DNA of 64,000 bases from Raillietiella orientalis (taxonomy: Eukaryota): assembly GCA_036172245.1 (NCBI GenBank), contig JAYWIR010000010.1:4526001-4590000 (forward strand). Direction: 5' to 3'. A program made the position numbers and the translations under genes. Position 1 is the first letter of the stretch. Each line of letters starts with the position of its first letter. Under the pieces are notes generated by a model, which worked only from the letters and a program-made list of their open reading frames with translations, ran no database searches and was not told the origin of the DNA. Shown one piece after another: positions 1-13,200 of this stretch.

Positions 1-912
1 CGAAGGTGGCAAAGAGCTGCTAGGGACGCGGCTTGCAGTAGGGGTGGCGCCATGCATGAACGGACGCTTCGAAACGCCCCTGGGAAACGCGGAGGGTCGT
101 GACTAAACATCCCAATGAAGGCCAAGGATGAACCGGTCGGAAGGCAGAGCGGGATCAGCGGAATAGGAAGGTGCTTTCCAAGACGAAGATAAACTCGCGA
201 CCCTCAAGAGATCGTTTGACTCCAAGAGCCTCACCCGATGTCAGGCGCTCGTAGCAAAACCAGTGGGCGCCACTCACGGAGCCTCGGAGCAAGCGAGCAA
301 ACAGGAGTCATCGAGAGTGTCCGAATTCCGAGCCGGCCATGATGAAAGCGCAAGGTCTCAGGGAACGGGCGGAATGTGAGGGAGACACCATCGTCGTCCT
401 GCTCGGTTTCTCTTCTGGAAGGGTGGGTCGGAGGGTTTCCCCCCCGGAAGGGTGAGGGTGAGTCTCATGGCTGCTGGTGCTCAATGTTTGTACGTCGGTC
501 CCAGCTAAGTGCATCACGAAGATCTGTGCAGAGTACGACGCTGGTAGGTGTAAATAATTGCAAGAGTTTGTATGCAGCACGAAAAAAAGGGGGGAGGGGG
601 AGATGAGCAAGCAGAAGAAGAGAGGGAGCCACTATAAAATTAAATAATGTTTAACTTGAAAGATTAATGAATGGATACAGATGTAAACTGCGTGACGACG
701 GGAAAGCAAGATGTAGCGGTGCTTCTGGGAAGCGCGAAAATCCTGCATGGGTCGTAAGAGGTTTCCCATCCAGTGTAAATAAAGAAGGAAGGACTGCTGC
801 AACAAATGGTAGGGCCATCCAAAGAAGTTTATGATAGGAAATGCCAGATGAGTGGGGAGAGGAGACAGGTCGAGAGCTGCAGAATGTATGGAAAGGTGGG
901 ATACGTAAATAT

Positions 913-1091
913 TTATGACGAAATGGGCCTTCGCCATCTTGGGGGATGGCGGAGAGTGCTGGTACGATAGGCAGAAATGGCGGATCCTAGACGGGGGTCT
1001 CGCGCGCGGCGTGTCGTCGACGCTCGCGCGCGTGCCTGGAGCAGCAGCAGCAAAACATATCTTGAGATGCACCCCGCGATCATCTCTGCAT
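913..1091 (-). CDS. candidate terminal exon B of the vein-like gene
   Basis: Strong acceptor cccttccccgtcttttatttacag|AT. Phase-1 frame reads NAEMIAGCISRYVLLLLLQ...PISS* and is followed by AU-rich, TATTTA-containing sequence (about 550-910) resembling a 3'UTR. Confidence 0.3.
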
Positions 1092-1547
1092 CTGTAAATA
1101 AAAGACGGGGAAGGGGGAGAGGCAACGCCGCGAGCGCTCGCACGATCCCGCTCCTGCCCGCATCGGAAGGACTCCTGACGATCGCGGTCCCGTTGAGGGA
1201 AGGGATGGCTTTCTTACCGTCGCCTCTGTAAGATGGGGCCCGTGGCGGAATCGAGGAAGCTGGAGTCTCTCCGACGCGGACGAGGCGGGGGCGAAGGGAC
1301 CGGCCCCGCTCCGCCCTTCTCACCCAAAGTGTGGGTGCTCGTGAGGCTGCCGGGTCGCCCGGCCCGTCTGAGCTCGCCGCCTTCTGGGTAGCGGCTGGGC
1401 TGCTCACCGAGCGCCCGGATTGACCCGCGAATTCGTCTCGGCACGAATGGTGCTTCGTTCGGGGGCGGTCGGAATGGTCATTCCAAGTGAACTCGCGCCG
1501 CGATCTTCTTCATTCTCCTGCTTGAGGTCCATTCGCCTCCTTGGGCA

Positions 1548-1915
1548 GGGGGCTCACAACGCTCTTTGACGCTGTTCACGCAGCCCGAGGATGAGCGTAG
1601 CTCTTCAAGCTATATGGGGGCAACCCTGGGGGGACATCTCCATGGATCCAGGAAAGTTCTGGAGGAAGGATTCCGTGTTCCTTTTACTCTCGGGAGGGAA
1701 CCTCGAAGGAATCCGCTCCTTGCTTCCTCCTCCGAAGAGGACTCCAAAAGGACGCCTCTGAAATCCTCTGAAGGTCGCTTCCCGAAGGCAGCAACGCGCC
1801 TCTTCACACTCTGGAGAGGTATCGATCCACCAGCTCCATGGCACGCAACGAGTGCTCCACTTTCACAACCGGAGGTCAACTCCGAAGGGAACCGGCTCTC
1901 CTTGATTTCTGGGAG
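1548..1915. repeat. unclassified dispersed repeat, copy 1 (inverted relative to the others)
   Basis: Its reverse complement shares blocks ccatggagctggt, ctccagagt...gcgcgttgct, ctcttc.gaggaggaagcaaggagcgg, ttcctggat and cttgaagag...aagagc with 3185-3538, 36320-36705 and 49805-50270. Confidence 0.75.
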
Positions 1916-2329
1916 AATCGGAGGATCCACTTCCAATCCCGACCACTCTTCGAGGGCTTCCGGTTTCTGGCTACCACCAGTTCCGTAACAACTGCACGCT
2001 CCAAAAGATCCTGAAAGATCTCTCCAAGAGTGGATGGGCAAACAGAACCTCCCCTGCCGCCTCGGTGCCCTCCCTTAGGAAGCATACGGCCAGATGGGAG
2101 GTTACTGTATTACTGTGGAAATCTCCGGAAGGAGGAAAGGACTGAGCGAGTGGACGACGAGTCGGGTCATCGACACTGCGACCCCGAGTGCTCGACCCCA
2201 TGGACTTTTGTGCTGGGATGTGCTACTGGGTATTCCGGAGGAAGGCCTGCAGTGGCCCCGGTGCTCACGAACACCCGCACCCTCCCTTTAAAGTGACAGG
2301 GATCGGCATTGATGCTGTTGCACTGAGAT

Positions 2330-2995
2330 CTCCCGTGCAACTCCCACCGGCATCATTGAACACGAGGGGGGAAAGGAGTGGATCCAAACTGTGTAAGGTG
2401 AGGGAGCGGGAATCGCTCCCACACCTCTTAGTGGGCTATTTTGCTCTCCGACTCCCTTGGGAACACCTTGCCTCTACCTTGGAACCTCCAGCGGCAACGC
2501 CAGAGACGTTCTGGAGTGCCTCTTCCTGAGTGACGCCCTCACGCTGGCCTCATCCCTAGCAGCACTGTGCTGTCCACGCGGTGCGAGCTTGGCTGCATGG
2601 AGCAGTGCCCTAGGAGACCAGGATGACATGGACGCCACCTATTTTGCTGCCCTTCTCATGAAGTCGTCAAGATGAGCTCATCTGGGAGTCTTCAAACAGG
2701 AACTTGCCGGCATCCTTACAAGGATGCAGAGGATACCCTCGAGCGCCCAGTGATCTTCAAAGGCCTTTTCGAACCCCCCAATACATGCATGCATGCATGT
2801 AGCCCCCATGCATGACTGTAGGTTTTTTGTTTTATGTTTTTCTTTTTGTTTGTCTCCCCTTCCCTTGTACTGCCGATGCGAACCCCGCTGGCCTGCGTGC
2901 CAGTTCCCGGCAGGTTTCTTCACGTAGTTATGAGTAGCGTGGCAGGATCAAACGTCCTGCCACAGACGTGTCTGTTTATTTTTTATAAATAAATG
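2330..2995 (+). mobile_element. decayed 3' end of a non-LTR retrotransposon (zf-RVT-like C-terminus plus 3'UTR)
   Basis: LNTRGERSGSKLCKVRERESLPHLLVGYFALRLPWEHL resembles L1/Tx1 LPT....C..C..E...HL..C....W. It is followed by a T-rich tract, a stem-loop and AATAAA at 2987. Confidence 0.45.
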
Positions 2996-3184
2996 TCTTG
3001 CCGTGACCGGGTGTCAACCAGTGAGGCACCCGAATATGCCAATCAACGTCGTCCTGCAAGACTCACTCGAAACCTACAACATTGCAGCCGTCGTTCCCGG
3101 CGTCGATCCTTCCTCGGGCAGGATTCGAACCCGCAGCTCCTGGCAGCAAGTGCGGAGGCTGCAGCCACAAACAGCAAGCGGCCC

Positions 3185-3538
3185 TTCAGGATTCTCTTCA
3201 GAAGAGCAACAGGGAGCGGTTCCCTTGCAGAAGGAAGGAAATTGAGGAGGGAATTTAGGGGTGGATCCTTTCTGAGTTCCTTTCGGAGAAGTAAAGAGGA
3301 GTGGCCTCCTTCAGGAGTTCCCTTCCAGAGAAAATAAGGCAGGGGTTTCCTTCGGACTTCTTTTCAGAGATACAACCAGTACGAGGGTTCCCTACCAAGT
3401 GCAAGAAGAACGGACTCTTTTCCTCCGGAGCCCTTCCTGGATTCGTTGGATGGTTTCCTCCTGTGCGATGCTCCCTAACTTGAAGAGTTACTACGCGCTC
3501 CCGGGTGGCGTGGACTCTTATTGAAGAGCTTCGTGAGA
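3185..3538. repeat. unclassified dispersed repeat, copy 2
   Basis: ttctcttcagaagagcaacagggagcggttcccttgc ... cttcctggattc ... cctaacttgaagagtt ... gggtggcgtggac ... aagagctt. Confidence 0.75.
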
Positions 3539-6500
3539 CGCCAGGCGCGCGACGGTTCTTCAGTACTTGGCTAATTGAAAAAAAAAAAATCCGGAAGGAG
3601 AACAGCGGAACAGAAGAACCCCGTAAGGATACCCATGATCCTGAGCTAACAGTAAAGATCTCCCTGTGAGGTCGCCACTGATCTTTTTTTTTAAAAAAGA
3701 AAGAAATCCTAAGTTCGGGAGACGCCTCACCCTCGCACTAGGGAAGGCAGACGGGAACTTCGAAATCCTTGTCCGGGATTTCGGTTCAGGCAGCTCCGAG
3801 GGACGCGGGAGGTTTGCGTCGTTGCAGCTCACTCCTCCCAAGGAGGACCGAAGTGACGACGAAGTCCACCCAAGTGCAATCCTTCCGCCGCCTGCCAAGT
3901 GGACTGTGCAGGCCTCTGGCTCGCGCCCACCGAGGAACAGTTTCGCTCCGGCACCTCTTTCTCCCGGCGACAGCTCCGGAGCGCTCCGAAGTCTCTTCCA
4001 GAATGGTGCGCTGCCGCATGCTCCAGCGACGCGGAGGGTGCCAGGGAACTAGCCTGGACCCTTTCCCAAGCCTCAGCGCGCACCTATTTGCGGATTTATT
4101 CACCTTTCTGGAGTTCCTGCTGATTTCGTACGTCTGTTGCCGCTGTTCTCAACAGGCGGACGCCTCGGTTGTCACCAGGTGCTAGCAACTGCGGCAGAAA
4201 TCAGGATGCCCAGCCCTGAATCCTGTCCCGGGTCACCAGGATAGCAAGATCAAAATGGAATCTTTATTATCAAATAGCGCGTTTTTGTCTGTTCAAGCAG
4301 CAGGGAAACAGCGATGCCTTCTTCACGAACAGCGACAATGAAAGGTTTGCCTTCAATCTTCCAGGTCTCTCAACGGCTTCTGGTTGCTCTTCTTGCTTTC
4401 GTCATAGAGATTTGCATATGTGTGAAAAGAAGGAAAGGAAGGAAGGGAGTCAGGGAGGAAGGAAAGAAAAACAGCAAAGAGAACCTCTTGGTAGATGACA
4501 ACTGTGGGTTGACAAGCAAGGCTGGCTGAACTGAAGGCGTGGTGTTTAAACTGCAGCGTGATGCTAAATTTACGACTGAACCTGTTCGTCATTCTTCGAG
4601 ACACACGCATTGCTGCAGATGATGATCGGCCAGGAGACCAAAAACAACAGCAAGAACAAGAGGAAGAAAAAAAAAAAAAAAAAAAAGAAAGACGAAGAAG
4701 AGCGAAACAAGGGAACAGAGAGAGAGGCAAGCATGTCTTTTTCCCCGTATCCACGGAACAAACTGCAAGCAGATTCAAAGCAAAAGAAACGTCGACTCCC
4801 ATCTGTGCGGTAATCAAGGAATGTTTTCATCGGGAAAATCAGTCCATTTGTCAACCAGGGGAAGGTGGCTTTTCCCGGACGAACGTGGGATCCATGCACT
4901 GATCACAGACCGAAGCAGATAATTTTGAAACGAAAGTCTTTTTTATTTCAAAATTACTACTGGAAAGACAAAAGAGCTTCAGTTCACTCCGAAGGTCGTA
5001 CTCACCACACAACGTGTTTTTTGGTAGTTCCAATTTTTCCAAGTGCCATTTTTCACTATACTACAAACAGTTAACATTAACGAAGAGGTATGAATAGTTT
5101 ACTGAAGAGAATACCTAGGAGAGAAAGCATTGATCCCAGAATGTCCGATGACATGGTTGAGTCACTGAGCCACCCCATTACGTCGGGACCTGCCGCTCCG
5201 CGTGTTCGCTCGCGTCTCTCCCTGCTTCGCCGCGAGCGATCACGGGGGGGGGGGGGGACGGCGGCACCTCCCGTTGCCGAGGAAGAAATTCAGGTCTTCC
5301 CCTCGCTTCGAGCACGAACGTCGTTGCTGGAGCCAACGGATAGCGAGCGGCAGACGAGCGCATCAGAGCGCACGCGCGCGGGAAGGAGTGGAACCTGCGT
5401 CCGGAGGCTGTGCACTTCCCGCTCACGCAGCCTCCGGGGGATGGGCGCCGCCGCCTCTGCTGCGGCCGTTCGCGCGGTGCTCCGTGGACGTTCGCGGTTT
5501 TCCGAGGACGCGCGCGCGTGGCTCGCGTGAAGGCAGACTTCTTCCGCTGACCCTCACGAGGAGCGGATAAGCCTGCGTGCTGCAAAAGAAAGGGAGCAAC
5601 GCGTTCTCCGAAAGGCATGCACGAACGCCTCCCTCGAAGGTCGCCACCCGGTTGCGACCGCTGTAAGTTGTGACCATCCTGTTGTGAGTCCCGTCGGCAG
5701 CTCTCGTCTCCCTCCAGGAGTCTGCTGCACTCACTCAAAACCCCCCGGTCCATCCATTCGTACGAAATAACGACCATTCCTTGACCTCTTGCTTCGAAAA
5801 TCACTTGACACGTGAAGAGGCGGCTCCGCAAGAATGAGGAAAGCGTTTTCGTGGCGGAAGCCCGAAAACCACCCGTGTTATCCCTAGTCCGTCATGTCGC
5901 TCAGGCGATTTGAGTGTCGACCTCTTCGAATTTGGAGTGTCCACTTGTGACCTCAGTTCACTCTGTCAGCGCACCCAAGTCGGTCGAGCACCAGTGCCAT
6001 CAGGAACACGGTCGCAACATGGGATCCTGCGACCTCTGCAAGAGGGAATCTCGACGGAGCCTACACATCCTGGGTGTGCCACGATTGTGGTGACCAGCCC
6101 GGCGCTCCTTCAGCCTTCCTGTCTCCCCCACCAGAGGTGCAAGAGTTTACTTCTCACCGCCTACGGAATGCTTGCAACGCACTCCGACACCCCCCGCGTT
6201 CCGCGTCCCGCATGAAACCGCCAGGAGTCACTCTGCTCTTCCTCGTGGACCTTACTGTACTCTCCTGAGCGAAAATCTGCTACCAGAATGTCTCTCAGAG
6301 GCTTGGCATCCACTTGACGGGAAACAAACGAATAGTGCCATGAGGAATTTCCTGCGATACTTTTGCTATGTCCTCTGTTAAGATCTGGAACACTTTCCTG
6401 TGGACTGCTGACTTCCCTAAACGACCTCAACACCTTGCGTTGATTTAATGCATCTTCCCTGTTTGTAAAGAAAGAGCTGGAGTTACTTCGAACAGGAGAA

Positions 6501-8686
6501 AAGGAAAAAAGATGAATAAACAAATTGTTTTTCGATGAGTCCGAAAGCAATCCCGAAGCTTCCTAGATTCGAAGTGTTTCTTTCCAGAAAGTTTCTCGTT
6601 ATTTCGAGAGTGCAAAAAAGGAAAGAGGAAGCAGGGATAAAGCATGGCAGAAATTCTGCTTTGATTCCAAGCTGAAGGTGTCGCGGACGCGGGAAATCGG
6701 AAACATGACTCCAGGAATCCTCGCTTTCCTCTCCCTTCGCACTTGCTCTCCGAGTGCAACCCGCTGTCTCCGCGAGAGAATCCCGTTCGAGCTGCTCATG
6801 TGGAGGCACTGCCGGAGCGCGCTTTCGGCTTCCCTGACATCAGCAGTGGCAGCGGGAGCATTTATTATCGCCGCCATAATAGCTGTCGACGGTAGTTTGC
6901 ATCACGGGTGTTGACAATCGTGCAAACCGCTTGTTTACAAATAATGGTCTTCCTTGTTCTGCAACCGCAGCAGCAACTCTGTATTTCCGAGGAACGGAAC
7001 CAGGTGCGAACGTTGCCGATACTTGTGGCCGGTTTTACCATTGGAAGTAGAAAGTTTTCCAGGTATTTCTCCCCCCCACACGCGGCGCGTCTTCGGGGAG
7101 CCGCGACATCGAAATCATGAAACCCTAATGGTCCTGTAACTCCGCCCGCTCTTAACAGCGGGTCAGAAACATACATCGGTTTTGCAGACGATCTGGTAAC
7201 ATCCATCGGGGTGTGTTTTCCCAGTGGCAACTAGGGGAGTCGGTGAAGTCTCTGCACTGATGGCTCCATCGGCCTCGGCAAACCAAGTGGTGTTGTTGAC
7301 TGGTCCAGTGCGATTCACATTGGAGAGGCATTCTGAAGCGACGGTGCCGCTTAGCAGACAGTGGCGCTTCCGATAAAAGGCTGATGCCCGCGTAAAGATG
7401 ATCCCGCCAAGATGAGACTCCTGCAGCACCTGATTAAGACTTGAGCTATGTGCGGTCTTTCTTTGAATACTTGTTTTCGGTACCTCGGGAGAAGTCTTCA
7501 TCAGGAAAAGTGTTTTGAAAAGTGTTCGTTTCCCTCGTGTCTGTCAGAAATGAGTAAATGACTTTCTTGTGAAGGAAGCCATGCATCCTGCTGACGATGG
7601 AAGGTTAGGCATACCGATTTCTTCAGCCAAAGACTCTCAGTTCCATAAATGTGAGTCAGTAAATTCATCAAGATCACTAATAGCAGATTGCAATCTCTTT
7701 CAATCTAAAGATGAGAGACCCTCTGGGTGGGCAGTTTCAAAAACAAACTCAACTAACGAATTTATACGAGATCCCGAAACCGCTGGTTCAGAAGGCAGAC
7801 GCGGATCACTGTCCGGGGAAAAAAAAAAGTCTTTCTCCCTTTTTCGAGAACAGGAACTAATTCAGGGAACCCAGTCGTGAGGCCAGAGAGCGCCACAGAT
7901 GATGAGAATGTGCGCACTAGTTGGTTCCATCCACTCTCCTGAGAAGTGGAAACGCGCTAGGGCATGCGACATGCAGCTCTCTGTGGAGATCCGCTAGCCC
8001 GTTGTCTCTTCGAGGTGCTCTTCCCGCGAGCGGACAACGGAGTTCGCCCTGCTTCCTGGCAACCGAAACCATCCCCAGTCACGTTCCAGTCGTCCTGGAG
8101 ACTTTAGTTCCGGGATGGGTGAGCATCCTGGAGCAAACTGACTGGAACTCTGCGCCGCAACCTCATCCTACACGTGTCGGCAGCGGCCGGTGAAGTTTCC
8201 AGAGCGTTTTAAGGAATCCGAAACACTGCTGACAGTGTGCAAGCATCTCAGGAAACCTGTGGGTAAATACCAGGATGAATCCTCCACGAACGGACCTCTC
8301 AGATTCAATATTCATGATCTTATATATATATATAGAGAGAGAGACATTTGACCAACACCTTGTCTTCCGTGGATGATAATCTGTGCATGTTTTCTTCACG
8401 ACAGGCAATGTTGGCAAACCACATATGGGTGAAGTGACGCACTTGGATCTGGAATCCAGAGTTCCTTTTCGGAGCGTAAGCAGAAATCCAAGACACACGA
8501 GTCGTACAAAAACGAAGAAACGTTTCGACCCTTGGAATGTCGAGCTCTCTTTGACCGAGAATTCACCTTTTGTGAGAAGATGGACCGTGAGTGCCTGAGG
8601 AAACATTCCTCTCTGCAGTACGAATTTTTGGATTCAGCCGTTATGCAATAAGAAACGATGGAGAAACGCGGCGAAAGATTCCGGGT

Positions 8687-8967
8687 TCAAGGAGATTGTG
8701 GGAAAGGTTGGCAGGTCTGCTTGCGGTGACGTGTGGCTTCCAGGAAGGGTGAGGAGCTACTAGGAATCAGCGTCACGGTCGGCGGTCCTGTTTGCATCTC
8801 AGTGACAGAACGGGTCGATGAGGATCTCACGTGCGGGAACGGTATCATCGAAAGAGAAACTGATCTCTCATGGCAACTCACGCCTCCATCTCTGTCATAC
8901 GATAAGAGTAAATAGAGAAAGGCGATGCTGGAGGTGTGAGAAAAAGATACATCTGCATTGCTTGGAA
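8687..8967 (-). CDS. candidate terminal exon A of the vein-like gene (Ser/Thr/Pro-rich tail)
   Basis: Pyrimidine-rich acceptor tcttccttgtgttccttctggaacag|TT, open in the required phase-1 frame to TGA at 8687-8689. No recognisable domain. Confidence 0.25.
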
Positions 8968-11467
8968 CTGTTCCAGAAGGAACACAAGGAAGACTTCGAG
9001 GTGTTGGCCACGAAGATTCACAAAAAGGAGCAAAACAAGTGAATGTCCTCAGAAGCGCTCGCATGTAAAAGAGAAGAACGAAAAGATCTGCGTGGTTGTT
9101 CCGAAAGCAAAAGGATTCCGTTCCTTCTCAGTTGGTACTCAGTGTTGCCAAATTCATCCGACGGGTTCCAAGTCAGTGTCTCTTTTGCGCGTCTCCGAGG
9201 CGGCAGAGGCCGAAGGGCAGGATTAGGCAGTTCTGGTGCTGCTGGGACTCCGCTGGGTCTCACGAGGGACGTCGAGGGAGGGCGTACGGAAGCGCTGCTC
9301 GCCGGTGGACTGGTGAAGGTTCAGCGGCGCGCAGACTTTACCCACCGGGGGCATGCGACCCACATCCCGGCACCGCCCCACTTGGGATAGCCCTGACCAG
9401 ACTCGCCCCGCTCGGTTGGCCTCTCCGCGACGGTCCTCTGCAGCGCCTCGCGAGCACACCGTCGCCGCCTCGGCGATTTCTCCCCTCCTGAACGCGCGCG
9501 CGAAGCAAGCGGATGCTCTCGGCAAGGCAAGCATCGAGAACGCGAGCGTGGAATCGGAGGAAGACCAAGAAAAAAAAAAAAAAGACGAAGAAGAAAATCC
9601 TTACTTCCGCAGCAAATCCCGGAACTGTTTAAAGTTCAAATCCAAACTCAACGATTTCTTGCGAAAGGCTGGAATAAAAACAGGATTCAACAACGGGTTG
9701 CACTTTTTAAGGTTCTTCGATTACCTTAAGAACTGAAAAGAAAAAAAAAAGGCCATTCCAACAAAACAAATATCAATCAGTGCTTTCCAAAAAAAAAAAA
9801 AAATTGAAACCTAGGGATTGAAATCCTCCGATTTCCTTTCCTCCTGACCGGAAAAAAAGAGGTCTGCCACGCGGGGAAGCACTCCCTTCCGTGGCTTTCT
9901 TGAAACGTCAGAAAGCAGAATGACCTCGGATGCCGCAGCCGCTCACGAACTGCTGAAGCGGGTCGGGATGGTTCCCCGCGCGCGCGAGGCGGCCGCTGCG
10001 GTCTTCGCGGCAACGACCCGAGCTGGGCAGAAGAGGGAGAAGTTGGAAGGTCCTTCCCCTCTCGCCGAGCGAACAAGAGCGCATGTCCCCTGGAGCCATC
10101 TCGAATGGCAGTTCTTCCCCGCCACCCCGCGAAGGATGCGACTCTGAAGAGCCCTCCAGGAGGTTCGTCCCTCTCGACCTGCAGCGTGTGCTCCTCGGCT
10201 TCTCGTCAGAGATTTCCGGCATGGTCTCGACGAGTTCCAGGTTCGGCGTCTCAGCTAGGTTTTCGCCACCAGACGGTAGGACGGTCTTCTTTGCGATGCA
10301 TCCGGGGTTGACCGCAGCAACGGTCAGATACGGCAGATCAAGAGTTACTGACGAGTGCTTGAAAACGCCCTTCCCCCTTCAGGCCAGCGTGATGCGCCCA
10401 GGTCCTCAAATAACCGCCTTCAGTAGCACTCTTGACGCTCTCTTCCTCGTCTTGCCGCTGTCCCGAAAAAGTCCTCCGGCCGCATGCATCTTTCCTATGG
10501 AGAAAAGGCTGCTCGCAGGATTTCGCCTGGGGCTCATCGCCCGAAAGTCGACCGAGAAGAGCCGTCTGTGGGTCCCTGCAGAAGCTCCAGCCCCAGGCCT
10601 CCGCGTGCTGCAAATGCCCCAGACCACACGAGCCGAAGACGCAGCTCCGCAGCGCGTGCATCTGCCTCAGTCGCACGAGGACGCCTCAGGTTGGCGCTGG
10701 GGGTACGAGACTTTTCCGAAATTCTCTTCGTGGGAAAAATTCCAACGTGGACCTTGTGGAAAAGACCTCCGGTTCGTCGCTTTCCCATCTTCGCGGAAGA
10801 GACGGACGGCAACTGACAAATCGTTTCCGCAGCTTCCTTACGGATCGGGTAGCCAGCGGCGTCGACTGCAAGAGCGCCGGGTTACCAACGTCGCGGGATG
10901 AGCAACGCCAGCGCAGGACAGGATGGCAACTTCTCTGAGGACTGACTTTTTCTCCTGGTCGACTACACGCGGCGAAGGGGCAGCACCGCGAAGGATCGCG
11001 TGCGCGGAAATCGAACTTCCTCTTCCTCCCCCGCGCTCCGGGGCCTGTCACCCTCGAAGGAAGACCGGGGCGGAAACGGATGTCCCTGCCGCTGGCTGCT
11101 GCTGCTCCAGTTTCGACTTCAGCTAACCATTCCTCGATCCCGACCATCAGAAAGCAGGCAAATCCGAAAGTCCGCTTCGGTATCTTCGCGTGCCTCCAGG
11201 CGGCGCGCTCCGTACAGTTCGATTTGGTGATCCAGAAACACGCCGAACACCCGGATGAGTCGAAGATATCACTATCGATCGCTCTGATTCACGCATCCGC
11301 GCTCAAGCAACGGTCCGATCTGGAGCTCTATTCTGTTCCCTCTCTACAAGCCAATATTGCGGTGGAGAAACAAAAAAAAAGCATGATCGTTTATCAAGAA
11401 GAGTCACGTGAACAGCTAGCTTGTAACAAATTCAATACGGGTATCTAGGCAACATTTGTTTACTTAC

Positions 11468-11526
11468 TCCCAAAACTGAAAATATCTTTGCGCTCACATC
11501 TCTGACCTCTGAATCCTTCAGTGCAT
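11468..11526 (-). CDS. vn: vein-like exon 5 (EGF domain Cys5-Cys6)
   Basis: Acceptor ctttcttctgtttcag|A and donor GGG A|gtaagt; phase 2 in. Reads (Q)CTEGFRGQRCERKDIFSFG, completing the ErbB-ligand C-x8-C with G-x-R-C. Confidence 0.92.
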
Positions 11527-11977
11527 CTGAAACAGAAGAAAGCTTCTTAAGTCCAAGTTTTTATTTCTCCCCCCCCCAAAAAAAAAAAAAGCCTACATCA
11601 TCCTGCATGAGGTTAACGCGCTAAAAAGTCTAACAGATGCGCTTAGAGCAGCAGACGTCCTGAAAAATCATCCTTTTTTTTTTTTTTTTATGAGGACTGA
11701 GAAATAACTGAATGCATCAGTCGAACGATGAGTTGATTCGTCAACATCATTACACTTGTCACTCACAGATGACATTATGAATGCATCATGAAACACAATT
11801 GACAAAACTGTTCCGCCGCGGTTGGTTTCAGTGACCCTACGATGGATGTGGCCCCAATCTGGCGAAATCACCCTTTTCGGTTGAATCCTCCGCCGTCTCC
11901 ATAGCTCGGCGTTCAGAAGTAGAAAAGAACGCATTGATCTGGGACCCCGAGAAGTTGTTTCGAAATGGGGGGAGGGA

Positions 11978-12095
11978 GGCCAGCCGGGTCATCCTGCTTA
12001 GGGGACTCGAAACCCAAGTCGGTCCCCCACGTGGGGATTCGAACTCGCAACACTTGGTGCCACGCGCAGAGACAGTAGCCAACGCGGCCTCCTGG
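11978..12095 (-). mobile_element. tRNA-derived SINE copy (partial)
   Basis: Reverse strand reads ggaggccgcgttggct...gcgcgtggcaccaag...gAGTTCGAATCCCCAC...gtttcgagtcccc...caggatgac, the same family as the other two copies. Confidence 0.65.
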
Positions 12096-12549
12096 TTCCC
12101 TGGAACAGCGTAGGGGACGAGAACATCATAGCAGCGGAACATTGCTCTGACGCCTACACATCTCTGCAGCCTTTGGGCATTAAATGAGTACCGAGAGATT
12201 CGATTTTTGTACCTTGGAGAGACACTTTCGCATGATGGAACGTTCGGCGATACGGGATGATTTCTCGCGGAACCCGCAACAAGGATCATGGCGCTGTGCC
12301 GCCGTTTCTCACCCGGGTGTGTGCCGGGGCGTTCATTCTCAAACTATCCAGGAACAGAGTTCCCAGACAAATAGCGCTATGCCGCTGTGATGGCAGAGCG
12401 CAGCTCCAAATACAGGGAGAACAGAGAATGGGATCGACTTTTCCTCCCCTCCCCCTCCTCCCCCCAGAGAAAGTGACTGGGTTGCACTCAGCGGGGAAGA
12501 TTTCGCAACAGGAATCGAACTAAAAATTTCCAGAAACAGATCAGCCGAT

Positions 12550-13200
12550 CTCCGGTGAAGGGATGACTCGCTTTCGGGAGAAGCCAGATGGAATTCGACG
12601 AACTTCGTCGCCGGCTGCCTTTCGCCGAAACGAATTTCTTGCGTGAGAAGCAGAAAAATCGCCCGACACGTCTGGAAATCCTGTTCCTGCAACACCCGTA
12701 ACCACGGCAATCACAGGGAATAAAGTGACGATTGGGGGTGGCTTCGAGGAAAACAGGTCGGTGTGGGAGCGAATTTCGAGGCACTTCGTGCCCACCGGGC
12801 CGCATCATGGAAGCACCAAAAAGTTCGGCACACTGTCGAAAACCAGCAAAAGATGCCTTAGGACTGACTTTAAAAGAGCAAAACTGCTTTCCGACCACCC
12901 GTGGTTTCTCGAAATTCCTCTACCAGGCAGGATCGGAGAGGTTTTGCTGTTCCAACTTGATGGAGTCGGTCAGAACGCCTCAGGTTTCCAAGTTCGGGTC
13001 CCCGCATGCAGCCTGAGCCTCGGTCAATCTCAAAAATTAGCCGTCGACCCGGCTCGTTTACTACGATGGAGGTCCATAACTGCTTATAGAGCGCATTAGA
13101 AAACCCTGCAAGTTCCACGCGTCTCCAGCAGCAGACTTCATTGAACTTCTCTTCTTGGAGCTTTGGGGCGGAGTATTTTTGCTTTTTATCATTGCATCTC
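12550..13200 (-). mobile_element. decayed BEL/Pao reverse transcriptase fragment
   Basis: SIVVNEPGRRLIFE...CMRGPELGNL...EEFRE resembles BEL V.....K.R.VFD...CL..GP.L....RFR; downstream RRIPSGF...SP resembles RVPFG..SSP. Confidence 0.4.
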
